DNA from: Schmidtea polychroa
Taxonomy: Eukaryota
DNA length: 64,000 nucleotides
Direction: 5' to 3'
NCBI GenBank assembly: GCA_044892525.1
Contig: CM097885.1
Coordinates: forward strand, 183,272,001 to 183,336,000
Shown: piece after piece, positions 40,208 to 52,156 of the stretch
How positions within the stretch are numbered: the first letter of the stretch is position 1
Layout of the letters: every line of letters starts with the position of its first letter
Position numbers and translations under genes: made by a program
Notes under the pieces: model-generated
Told to the model about the DNA's origin: nothing
What the model saw: the letters and a program-made list of their open reading frames with translations, nothing else
Database searches by the model: none

Positions 40208-41290
40208 ATATATATATGTATCCAATCAATAATATAAAAATAACACAAAAATTAGTAGAAAAATCACCAGAACACAAAATAAGAATATACGATACTACGA
40301 AAGCCATAATCTTTCAGAAGAAAGCTCGGACTCTATAAATGAACATACACAAATAGTAATAACGGAAATACTTAACCCTCAAAAGAAACAATACAGTTCG
40401 ATTTATAAAAGAATTACTTTATAGAAGAATCTCTACGAAAATCTCAATTCAATCCAACTGAAAAACTACAATTTATAAAGAAAAATTTCTGAATTTCAAC
40501 GGCACCCAAATTCGAATATAACATTAAGATTTACTACTTCCAAAGACGAGAAATCAGGTTGATCATCACTGCTATCGATAGAACTTCCAAATTTAACTGA
40601 TACTATCACAGTAATAAACCAGCGTACTTAGATGAATGCCGAACAAATATACGTTACATTAGTATTAGTATCGCCTTTGAGGTGAAGACCCAGCTACGGC
40701 CTTCTGAATTATTCAATAAATTGATGAAGCGAGGGACGTAATCGATAATACTACACAAATTGGACGTCAATATCTTGTATACACTGATTTAATTATTAAA
40801 AACCAATCGAACCACCCATCAGAGGTGAAAGATTATCGTGGCAATTGTTTGAGGTTAATAAATTCTGCTCATAAATAATAAAATACGATTAGAATAGATT
40901 CGTAATGGATGAGTTAAATTAAAATTTTCGTTTTCTTTTATGATTGATAGTATTATAAAAGTTAAATGTGGTTATCAGCAATGAGGATTTTATAATTCAT
41001 CTAATTTAGAATTAATGGATTAAATATAATTTTTCTATTATTATTGATAATGTTCTAAAAATCATCCCCTGGTCGAGTCATCTTGTATGCGCTGTCTAAT
41101 CCATCTTCTTTGCGTTTACCACCTAAATGGTTACCGTCTGCTTGAGAAGTCGATCTTACCTGCATAAATGTGAGTGAAGTGAAATCCCTGCAGCTGACAT
41201 CCGGCGAGGTTTTCTTGAATTGAACAATTGAATGTTGATCTGTATTGATATTATGATATTATCTTAACCTATCACTCACAATTGTAGATT

Positions 41291-42492
41291 ATGAACAATC
41301 ATACCAATAATGCGGCACCATTACTCCCTTGTTTTTCATGGGCCAATAAAAATGTCCACATTCGGAAATTCCAAGAGGCAAATCAAATATTGAAAGAAAA
41401 GATCAGACGCCTGGAAGGAACTTGGTTCACCCCCGTCCATATGGAAGAAGCGAATAAAAGGTTGCTACGCGCGTAACACTGTAGAGACAGCCTACTAGAC
41501 GAAAATCGGGTACAGAGAATCTTAATAAAGGAACAGCAGCGAACTGAAAATCCGAATCAAAGGCCTGCCTGCGTCCGAACAATGCAATATCTTCCCCGCT
41601 CACCATCTAACAGAGCATCCAAGTTCATCAAGTCGCCTGTCTTGTACGAGTTGTGTCAATACACGTTCCTCTCCTAGTGTAACCGACGTTATCTTCACGA
41701 GCACTAGAGTGGTTTCAAAGATTGCCTTTAAGTCCGCGGAAAAATCCATTGTCCCCGCGTTTCCGATCAAATCAAAACGGAAGCAATTGTGTCGAGAAGA
41801 GAGGACAAAGAGACGAAAATTGAAAAAGGCTGAAGCTGAATCTCGTTCAGCAGAGTTAAGCGCCCAAGTGGCCGGCAAACCGAATACTTTCCGAGTAATC
41901 CCGCCTGCAAGTACTCCGTCGGACGAACAAATAACGGAATAGTTCGAATTAGACCCCTTCTGGCAGAAGCGGAAGATCCAAACTTTTGGGAAGGATATGT
42001 TTCACAAACGATCTGATAATGAAAACTGCGTGATCAATTATGTCCTGTGGAAAATACATTAATGTAGTTAATGTTTTCTTTTGCTCATTCGACTTGTATA
42101 ACTGGGTATGCTTCTATATTGGAATGATGATGAATAGATAAATAATTTGATTGCGTGGGATAGATTTAACTGTTGAGGACCAAGGAATGAAAAGGATAAA
42201 ATGACGTAAGACCTTCTATCGGCAGTCAAGGATCCGTTAAGAATCGCTATAGGAGAGTAGTCCTAAGTAGGGGCTCACTTGTCTTATGGGATTCGCAGAA
42301 TTGACACATTACCAACATGGGTGTCCTGTTGTAAAGAAACAATCATGCCGTAGTGTTCCGATAAGTCATACTGAACGTAAACAGTTTGTGAATGACCCTG
42401 TTTGCATGAGCCTGATCTCCTTAGATCGAAATAGTTGTCTAGCATGTCTGAGAATCATATGTTCCTTTTGACCTACGGAGGACTACCCAACA
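41291..42492 (+). mobile_element. Unclassified repeat family, copy 5, ending CCCAACA
   Basis: LPCFSWANKN…LEGTWFTPVHMEEAN…HCRDSLLDENR; conserved block at 42206. Confidence 0.75.
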
Positions 42493-42654
42493 ATACCATG
42501 TTATATTTACAAATATAGAATAATGGAATCAAATAAATAAATAACTTAAAATCAAAATCTATTAATTTACTACAAATATTCAATCGAATTATAATTAAGT
42601 TTTAATTAATTCTTAATTATTATTCAATAATAATAAATATAAATATAATCTAAC

Positions 42655-42726
42655 CATATCTTTAGTAAGCCGAACAAATTCACAAATTTCGTCATCATTT
42701 ATTCCTCTCACAATAACACAATTTAT
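42655..42726 (-). CDS. MOCS1: MOCS1A exon 5 (INCVIVRGINDDEICEFVRLTKDM)
   Basis: Matches MoaA/MOCS1A KvNCVvmRG.NdDE motif; 72 nt, phase 0/0, AG/GT. Confidence 0.93.
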
Positions 42727-43296
42727 CTAAAATGAAAATGGAATAAATAACACGTTTTGGCATTATAAAATGAATTCATTTTTCTTAAAATTTTCACCCT
42801 GTAATTATTTTTTTATAATTGATTAAAATATTTCTAAAAAAATTCTTAAGGATAACAACAACAATGACAATATAACAAGAAGTTTTGAATATTGTGAATA
42901 ATTTATGTTTATTTATATAAATTTTTAAAATCTAAAATGATTATATAAAATATAATTAAACTAAAATATAATTTTATTCCCATATTTAATAATTAATATA
43001 TAATTGGTTAAATAATATTTTATAAAGGCTGATCCAAAACTTTGTGCTTACATTTTATTTATTGACCAACTGTTATCAAACGACAATACAAAACAATCAA
43101 TAATTAAAAATAAATAAATGTGCCGAGTTATCTATATAGTCCCATCAATATGACTCATATCAATCAAAATACCAATTCTTTAAGTGATCTGTTAAAAATA
43201 GTTTTGATTTTATAATAAAATTTTATAATTTTAGGATTTTATAATAAATTATTTAATTTAAAATCCTTTTAATATGAGAATTATATTGAATTTAAC

Positions 43297-43529
43297 CTTG
43301 ATATTTTCCAATTGTTTTTCTAGGCAATCTGTTATAGATCTCCAAACTTTTTCAAAGCCCTTTCTGCGCGTTATTAGTTCATATTTGTCCGGTATCAAAG
43401 TATCCAATGATATATTAACTCCGTTTAAACCAGCTTTTATCAACCTCTCAATTTTCGAGCTAAGAGTTATTCCATTTGTTGTCATTCGAATTTTTTCTAA
43501 TCCATGAGTTTTTAAACTATTGATCCTTT
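43297..43529 (-). CDS. MOCS1: MOCS1A exon 4 (…MTTNGITL…NISLDTL…RRKGFEKV…)
   Basis: TTNG and NISLDTL MoaA motifs; TTTTAG acceptor, AAG|GTTAAA donor. Confidence 0.95.
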
Positions 43530-44132
43530 CTAAAAATATATTATCTAATTCGGTTGTTCTCAGCCCGTGTTCCGCGGAACATCAGTGATCTGCGATTATG
43601 CTTCCAGTGTTCCGTGAAAAAAATGATATTTTATCTTTAAATTTGCATTTAAGATTCATATCATCAAAAACCTCAATTAATTTTTTCATAAGATGATTCA
43701 ATAAGAAAGCCTACACAACTAATGTGGTAAAGTGTCTTAATGTTTTTTTTTAAATATGCGTGGCATGATTCATGTTAAATCAACAATATTAACAGCCAAT
43801 TTTTCAGTTCAAGTTTCAATTTTATGAATTACAATTTCTATTATATAATATAACTTTTTGTAAAAAACTTAAAATAATAAACGCCTAAAAACCTATTAAA
43901 CAAGGCCACGTATATTATCATCAAGATTCATAAATTGAAAAAAAATGAATTCATTTTTAGTTAGTGTACTTTCTGTAACGGTATAATATTTACGGTATAA
44001 TATAATATATATTGAAATTGTAAAAATTCAAGTTTGCGAATAAGTCAGATAATTATCTGAAATTCTATTTTCCTTCATAAGTAAAATTATTCATTCCATT
44101 ATTATTTAAACCTATTGAAACAAATAAATTAC

Positions 44133-44300
44133 CAATTATATCAATAACATCTTTACGGACGAGTGGTTCACCACCCGTAAATCTGATGTGACGAACACCT
44201 AGCTTTACAAAATGAGATGAAAGCTTGAAAATTTCATCAATCGTCAAAATATTTGACTTTGGCGTGAGAATTACTCCTTCTTCTGGCATACAATAAAGAC
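44133..44300 (-). CDS. MOCS1: MOCS1A exon 3 (CLYCMPEEG…IRFTGGEPLVRKD)
   Basis: Completes the radical-SAM CX3CX2C motif (CNLRCLYC) and carries GGEP; canonical AG/GT; phases match. Confidence 0.95.
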
Positions 44301-46186
44301 CTTTAAAGTAAACAGAATTTGTATTTTTGCCGAGCACAATGCATTATATAGAATTATTGAAGTGATGTAACAAAAGTTTGTTAAAGCAATCAACATAATC
44401 TCAATAAGTTTTTATCAAATGATTACATCGATTTCACTCAATTTCACCGAATTCCAGATTTGACTCATTATATCAATCCATTCGAACTTTATCCCTATCT
44501 TTAATCTTTGATGAAACATGTGTAAAATTACTAAAATTTTTATTTAATTTCGACAATTTTACCAAAATTATTAGTAGATTTTTATCCTATTAATCATATA
44601 ACCTCCTATTTATGTCAAATGAAAAACTACCTGCTTGTTCAATATTACCATAGATATTTTCAATCTCAAGAACTAAAGTCAAACTTGGGTATGTGAAAAA
44701 ATATAAAGTATATGATAAAAAAAATCAATTATCATGTGAAAACTTGATTCATTATTTATAAAATACAAATTTTGCACTTTTATGAAAATTACATTTCGTA
44801 GCACGTGATTCTATATTTTATTTTATTTTACTGTTGGACTAGATAGGAAATTGTGTCAAACTTCTCGGTAAAACAGCACGCATTGCAAGCAAAATATTTA
44901 AATTAACGGAAAACATAAAATAAATACGTATTAAAGGAATAAGTCATTTAACAAATATGCTGAGTTATTTTATATAGCTCGATATGATATTTGAGAATCT
45001 AACTTGATCAGAGGAATAATTCAATACAAGTAACTTATTAATATTACCCTTACAATCTTTCGTATTATGTCAACACAATTCAGGTGAATTTACTCGATCA
45101 AAGAACATGTAACCCTATTACTAAACAAATATGATACAGCCAGTGATAGGATTCAATTTCTTAGGAACTAGTACGCTTTCCAAGTTTTTATTGATTTGTA
45201 AAATGAAAAATACGCATTAGAACTTATTAAGAACCAGTACGGAACCATCACTGGATACAACTCAAAACAAAAAATTGTCTTTCTTTCTTTTTTACTCTAA
45301 TCACTGTTTCCTCGATTCTTTCACTTTACTTTTTGTCTTCAACCAGAATGGTAATTTGCCTGAGTCCAAAACTCGTTTGAAAGGAAACTCTCACCTCGTC
45401 AAAATTTTTATTAAAATATCTCCTTACAAGGAGCTAATACCAATTTGATTTTTAATGTATTTTCTTGTCAAGCTTAGAGTTTTCTCGTAAATTAATTAAT
45501 TATTTTTTACCTCACCTTTCCGTCCAATCATATCCGTTTCCCGTGAAAAATATTAATTTTTGGATTTTTTTTAATTTTTTAATTAATTTTCCCACTTCAG
45601 TTATTAGTTTTTTGAATTTTGTTATGTTTAAAATGTCTATTATTTTGCGCACATATTTCTGTACATTAAAGCTTTGTTTTACATTAATCATGATAACCCC
45701 AACAAATATTGAACAGTTATAATAAATTCAATAATCACGAGCAGCAACAAAATGAAACATATTTCAAAAGTCGGAAAGGCAAATGGAATGGCCTAGTTAG
45801 ATTAAACTTCAATAGTGAATTTGTAGTGAAAATGTAGCGTTACGGTTGATGGGTATATCTTACAGATAATTGTTAGGAAAACAATGTCTAAATTTTCTTA
45901 CGGAAAATCAGAGTAAATGCAACAAAAACTCAGTGTGAAATATAATAGTTAATGATATTTATCCTACCATCAAAACATCGAAAGGTTTCCTCGTTTCCTA
46001 TAAATTGAACCTTAGATCACTAAATATTTCAGAAATAGGTTCTTTTTGGTTCACAAATGTCTCTTTTCTTTATTTATTATTATTCATTTTCAAAAATTTG
46101 CTTTTAATTTAAATATTAAAATGTAGAATTATATTTGTATAAATACTTATACAATAACAAATTATATATAAAAACAATAATATTAC

Positions 46187-46289
46187 ATCTCAAATTACAG
46201 CGCTCTGTTAGAGATATTCTCAAATAATCATGAAATCTATTATGCTTGTCAAAAAGAGCTTGTTTGGTAAACTCTGATGTTACGAAGTT
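46187..46289 (-). CDS. MOCS1: MOCS1A exon 2 (…LFDKHNRFHDYLRISLTERCNLR)
   Basis: Manual translation matches the MoaA N-terminal motif D..GR.H.YLRISLTE.CNLRC; AG acceptor and GTAATA donor; phase 1 end completes Cys with exon 3. Confidence 0.93.
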
Positions 46290-46356
46290 CTAAAAATTAA
46301 TTTGTAAATATTTATTCATTATAACAATTTAAATTATATAAAAAATAATTCCATAC

Positions 46357-46422
46357 TTTTTTATTTAAAGACAAATTGAAAATTAAATATTTTGATAATT
46401 TAATGTTTTTTACAGACCACAT
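46357..46422 (-). CDS. MOCS1: MOCS1A putative exon 1 (MWSVKNIKLSKYLIFNLSLNKK; possible mitochondrial targeting peptide)
   Basis: ATG at 46422, 22 open codons, GTATGG donor, 67-nt intron ending TTTTAG, phase 0 matches exon 2; basic peptide with no acidic residues. No homology support for this exon. Confidence 0.6.
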
Positions 46423-47119
46423 GATGTTGTTATCATATCAAATTGAAATAACAAGCTAAACTATTTGAGAAGATTAATTGACTTAAACAAAGTTTCTTCT
46501 CTATCTCAACATGTTTATTGTGTTAAATATTTTATTTATGATATATTTTTTCGATATATATGAAAATTATTTGGAAAGTATTCATTTTTTCTTATATTAA
46601 TATTTTTATTAATTATATGCACATCACAAAGGAATTTTTGATTTACTTATGTGAGAATTTTTGCTGATGGCTTGGTTGACTACCTTTTCGGTTTCATCCG
46701 AAGATATCCGTTTTTTCAACATATCTCCGGCCTCCGGTCACGTCAAGCCATTTCTCCGGTTTTTTATATTAGTTCGTTAATTATTGAGTAGTAGGTGGGG
46801 TACCAATTTGCTTCCGTAAGCTTATATATAAGTTTGCGTAAATTAGTAAAAAAGAGTAATAAGAATTACAGATAATAAATAATAAATAATAATTTAAATT
46901 TAAACCTAAATAAATTAAATTAAATAACAAAATGAAAAAATAAATAAAGAAATAATTAATTTATTAAATAAAAATAATAAAATAAAAAAAATAATTAATG
47001 AAAATATTCGTTACCTTCTGACTAATTATTGATTAGTAAAGGGGGAGGGGTACCAAAATCCGTCAGGAAGCTCATATATACCAACTCACGAATTTTTTCT
47101 ACTCTATGCGATAAATGGA

Positions 47120-48018
47120 TTCTGACTATAAGAACTTTTTGTTTCACACAGACGTTCGCTGGCTTTCAAAAAGAAAGGTCCTACAACGTTTGTGTTCTTT
47201 GAAGGTGGAAATCATCACTTTCCTGGAAACTGGAGAAATTTCGCTTCTATTCGATATTCGCAGCGAATTATGATGGCTCGAAGTAGCGTTTTTGTCAGAT
47301 TTATTCGAAAAGCTCAAAATTCTCAACAACTCCCTCCAAGGTCTGAATAAAAATCTGGTAACCACAACAGGAAAATTGAAATCAATTGAGAAAAAACTTA
47401 CGCTCTGGAAAAACAAGCTGATTGCCGGAAGCTTCGAAACATTTTCTTTAACAGACTAATTTGACAACAAAATGTGATCGTTGGCGATGTTAAGTTGACA
47501 TTGAGCAATATGCAAAAATCGATAAAAACATATTTTCCATCTCTGGATGTCGAATAATATGTTTGGATTTTGAATCCGTTTGGAAATTGTTTTGCTATAG
47601 ATTTTTTGACCTCTGAGGAAGAGCAGTTGATTGATTTGAAAGAAGATTTGCTGCGAAAAAACACTTATTGGACAAGTTGAGATTTTAGAATTTTGGATCA
47701 GTCTTCGCAGTACTTATCCAGAATTGTGCTTGAAAACCCTGAAAATTTTGCTGCCGTTTGCAACTTTCTATTTGCGTGAGTTATGATTCTTAACACTGAC
47801 TGAAATCAAGTCCAAGAAGCGAGAAAGATTGCTGATGGTTTACCAAGAAATGAGAGACTGCTTGTCAACGATCGAACCAAGAATTGAAAAAATTTGTTGT
47901 GAAAGTCAATGTCTTGCCGCTCATTAAAACTACTAAAACAAAATTATATTTTAAATTTTAATTTTTGACTTTTTTAACTGCTGGAGTTCTGCCGACAAAA
48001 AAGGATTAGGGATAACTG
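47120..48018 (+). mobile_element. 5'-truncated Buster/Charlie-type hAT remnant
   Basis: LFHTDVRWLSK…, LQG…, ILLPFATFYL…IKSKKRERL…LSTIEPRIEK remnants; 3' end …GGGATAACTG followed by ATCTAGAT (nTCTAGAn-type target). Confidence 0.8.
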
Positions 48019-48026
48019 ATCTAGAT

Positions 48027-48380
48027 GAACATTTGGTAAATGAATGCATTCATTTAAAATCCTTCTTACAGACTAAGTCAGACTCATACAACACGTGCGG
48101 TGATATATTCAAGCTAATTTTTGAAAAGAATCTTGTCAATGTATTTCCAAATTGCTATACAATTTAAAAAAATTTCTTGGTATTGACAATCATCAGCTGT
48201 GAAGCAGAACGATCCTTCTCCAGGATGTCCTTTATAAAAGCAAATATAGGACAACAATGGCGAATGAAAGATAAAATTATTTATCAATTCTCTTTGTAAA
48301 CTGTGAAATAATCAAAGAATTGAATGTGATGATCAAATAAAAGAATTTGCAGCATAAAAATGCAGAAGAGTTACTCTTTG
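48027..48380 (+). mobile_element. hAT C-terminal dimerisation-domain remnant (ZMYM1-like type)
   Basis: VFPNCYTI…SCEAERSFS…IK…LSIL…EFA pattern with stops and frameshifts. Confidence 0.7.
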
Positions 48381-49673
48381 ATGCATGTACTATATTAAAA
48401 AAACTTACACTGTTTAACTCATAAAACCTTTTACGTATTTTATTTTTAAGAAATCTTTTTGGTTTACTTCGTTTTCTTGTATGTTACAATTTTATTTTTG
48501 ATTTAAATTTGATGTTTATTGATCATAGGTTTACAGCAGGGTGGGCAAATACTTTTAAGCGCGAGCCAAAATGAAATTTTCAAAATGTCTTCTGAGCCGG
48601 AGAACTATACCGCGTACACTGTGAACACGCGAATGTTTTGGATGGAGTTTTTTTCCTGCCCAAGAAATTATCTTGCTTGGGTGTACATGCGAACAATTTG
48701 TGCCCAGTAAAATATGTCACTTAATTTTTAAAGAAATATGATGCATTATATTAAATTAATGATCATTAAATAAAACAGTTAATGACATATTTTATTTTGT
48801 TATTTATTTATATCTTAATGATACAAAATATTTAATATTGATACATGGTTATTACATTTTTATGTTTATATTGCATTTTTTAATTATAGTAAATAGAATT
48901 TTTATTTTTTTTTATTTTTTTTATTTAGTTGGTAAAATTACAAATATTTTCCAAATTGTTTTTATCAAATTGTAAATAAATTTTTCTTTATTTTATAATT
49001 GATTTTATTGAATCCTTGAACTGTTTAATTATTCTCAGCGGCATTTGCATGGTGTTCTCTACAACACTTTGAAAAGTACTAATTTTTATATATTTTGTAT
49101 TTTTCATCTAATTTCTCATTTAAACCTTTAAATAATTTTATATTTAAATTTTATTTCTGTACTCTCTTTTAAAAACCCATCATCTTTTTCAACAATAGCG
49201 GACTCAAAACATCACAGAGACAAAACGCTAAGATATTCCAATAATTTGTTTTAATTGTCCGATCAATTTAACAGAAAATATCTTTGCGAGTATTTTTTGT
49301 TCTACTTTGTATGATATTCGAGAGAATATGTATATTAATTTATGTTTAAATTATGTTTTAATTAATACTATTGAATTTTGATTGTTATTTTATTACATTT
49401 TACTGCTCATATCAATTATTCATGAATAAATATATACAAAATGAGAAATGTTACAGTATCAAATGTGCAATCTGCAGCTAATACCTACCCTCCACAATGT
49501 GATGAATTTAAGACTGCAATTAAAAATTTGAAATTTAAATTATTTAATTGTGCTATTCATTTGTTTTAATTTCAATAACCTAAAATGGAGTCAGTTGTTT
49601 TCTCTAAACTTCAAGTGGTGAATAATTTATTACGAATCTCTAAAAGATATTGATTAAAATGCAAAAGAATGAT

Positions 49674-49911
49674 CAGTGGCGGAACTTCAAAATTTGGGCC
49701 CCCCGCGCAATGTAAAATATTTCCACTTAAAATTTTCGGTTAAAGTTTAATACATAGTTATTCACAGCAGCCGCTATTCAATGATAGTTTTATGTTTGTA
49801 GGCAAATATAACTGTGAGAGAAAAGATTCAGAAAATGATTGTAAATAATTTTTTAGTAATAATTTTGGGCCCCCGCAACGCAGGGTCCAGCGTCCACTAG
49901 TTACGCCACTG
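49674..49911. mobile_element. hAT MITE (238 bp)
   Basis: TIR CAGTGGCG(G/T)AAC; perfect TSD AGAATGAT. Confidence 0.9.
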
Positions 49912-50966
49912 AGAATGATGTCTAGTCCTAAAAATTTGCTTTAAATAATTAAAATACTATTTTAAAAAACAAATAAGTAAAAAGGATTAATGCAATTTTC
50001 TTATATGTTTTAATAATAATTAATCTATTTAATCTACAAACACGTGATTATTGAAAACGAAATCGAGATTTTCTTCGATATGAATTTTAGTGATTTCTTT
50101 AATATAGAAACGAGCAAATCTGAGCCAATAGGATGATTGCAAATGAAATATGCATGCATTCGGTTTGCAACAAACTTGAACATCTTATTGATTTGATACG
50201 CAGTTTCAAATGAAACTTACACATGAACATGGTTATCATATTACACAGTTTAAATTATTTGACTTTCTCAATTTATGAATACTTCAAATTCGTTGATTGT
50301 TAATCCGTGTTACAGTTCAATTATTTCTGTTGGATAAGAGTTTTACTCTCAAATTATTTAAAGAAGAATATTTACAAAGAAAAGGTAATTATATTTGATA
50401 AGTATTCTGCATTTTTTTTTATTTATTTAAACTTTAAATTTATTCCAAAGTTATTTATAATGTTTTATTTATAAAAATCTTTTGTCGGATGACTTAAATA
50501 TCAAAAGTAAACTGGTTTCGAGCTTTTGGCTCTCATCAGTACTATGCAATAAATGCGACGATTTCCCTTCGCGCCATGTAAATATACAACATTGTTGATT
50601 CAACTTTATTGTATATTTTCCTTGTTACACTGAATAATCACATCACTTGCTTTATTTAGGTTGGTCACAGAAAATTTGTAGATTTACAAACATAATTTAA
50701 TCTGACAATATTTGTTTATTTCATTTTTTAGTCTTTGTATTCTACACTGTAATTTCTTGATTTATTGTTTGATATAGCATTTATGTTTTAAAAGTCTTTT
50801 AATTAAATAGAATAAAAATATCATATTTCTTTCAATTAATACTTTTATTTGAAATAAATATAAATACAACATTTAAGCATTCATTTAACAAAACCATTTG
50901 TTGGATATGAATACTTTAAAATTTTTGTATTGAGAAACTATTTAATTGATTATTAGTTAACAAATC

Positions 50967-51669
50967 CAGAGCCGTAGCTAAGGAAAATAGCGCCCGGGGC
51001 GAGATTGAAATTTGGCTCCCTGGTACTAAAAGAATCCACCACTCCCATTAATTATGCAGTTACAGGAATGGAATTGGTCTTGAAGAGTCAAATTAAGATG
51101 CAAAGCTATACAATGCTTAACCAAATTTATATTATAACGAAAACCAATTAATTATAAATATTTATTATACATGTGTATATACATTAATATTGAAAATTTA
51201 TTTACTCCGTATTTATTAAACCTAAGTTCAGAGTTTTGATCGTTAAGTTCCTATTAAGGCTACTATTATAATATAATTGAAAAGATCAAGTGCTCAACTT
51301 TAACATTTAACATTGAATTCTAAATTTAAGAAATTAAATTAAAGATTATCATCAATTGTCCTTCTTTCAAACGATTTTCAAGATCTTTCCAATCTAAGTA
51401 GCATTTTCTATGCTCAAAACTGTTTTCATGATCAGCCACCTTCGGATTTAGTCGCCCGTTTGCAAAAACCTTTAGATAGACCAGCAAAACAGTTTTGTTT
51501 TAGTTTAACTTTTGAAAACAGTAAACATGGAAAGCAGAATATAAAAATTTTATATGAAAAAAAGAAAGGAAATTAAAAAAAATTTAAATGATCATTTCAC
51601 AGTTCTGACGCCCTTCGACTCGGCTGCCGGGGCGGTCGCCCCATTCGCCACCCCCTAGCTACGGCTCTT
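50967..51669. mobile_element. Non-autonomous hAT element (~700 bp)
   Basis: TIR CAGAGCCGTAGCT / AGCTACGGCTCT; flanks AACAAATC and AACAAACA (6/8 TSD match). Confidence 0.8.
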
Positions 51670-52156
51670 AACAAACAATTCTTACGGTAAAATAAAAAAT
51701 TATATAAAGATTGTTTTTTTAAATAATAAGCTAATTAAAAAATTAACAAAATATATTTATATTAACAATCAACAAATATAAAATGTGCTTAAAGCATGTT
51801 GTAAGATACATTTAAAATATTATATATTCATATGTTTGTGGTAAGTTGAAATTGTATAATTACATTGCTCGGAATATTATATACATTTAGTTAAATTCTC
51901 CACGTGTATGATTATTAGGATTCTCATCCGTTACAACATTAATATTTGGTTCCAAATCACTAAATAATTCCATAAATTTTATTCAATAAATTTTACACTC
52001 AAAAACTTGTCTTTCTTATTTTTGTTATTTAAACAAATTTCAATTTTTCTTTTAAAATATTTTTCAATAAAAATATTTTTTAAATTTAACAAAAATCTTT
52101 AAGAATCTTTCAACTTCCTCATAATGATATTGAAAAATTGTTTTTGTTTGAATATT

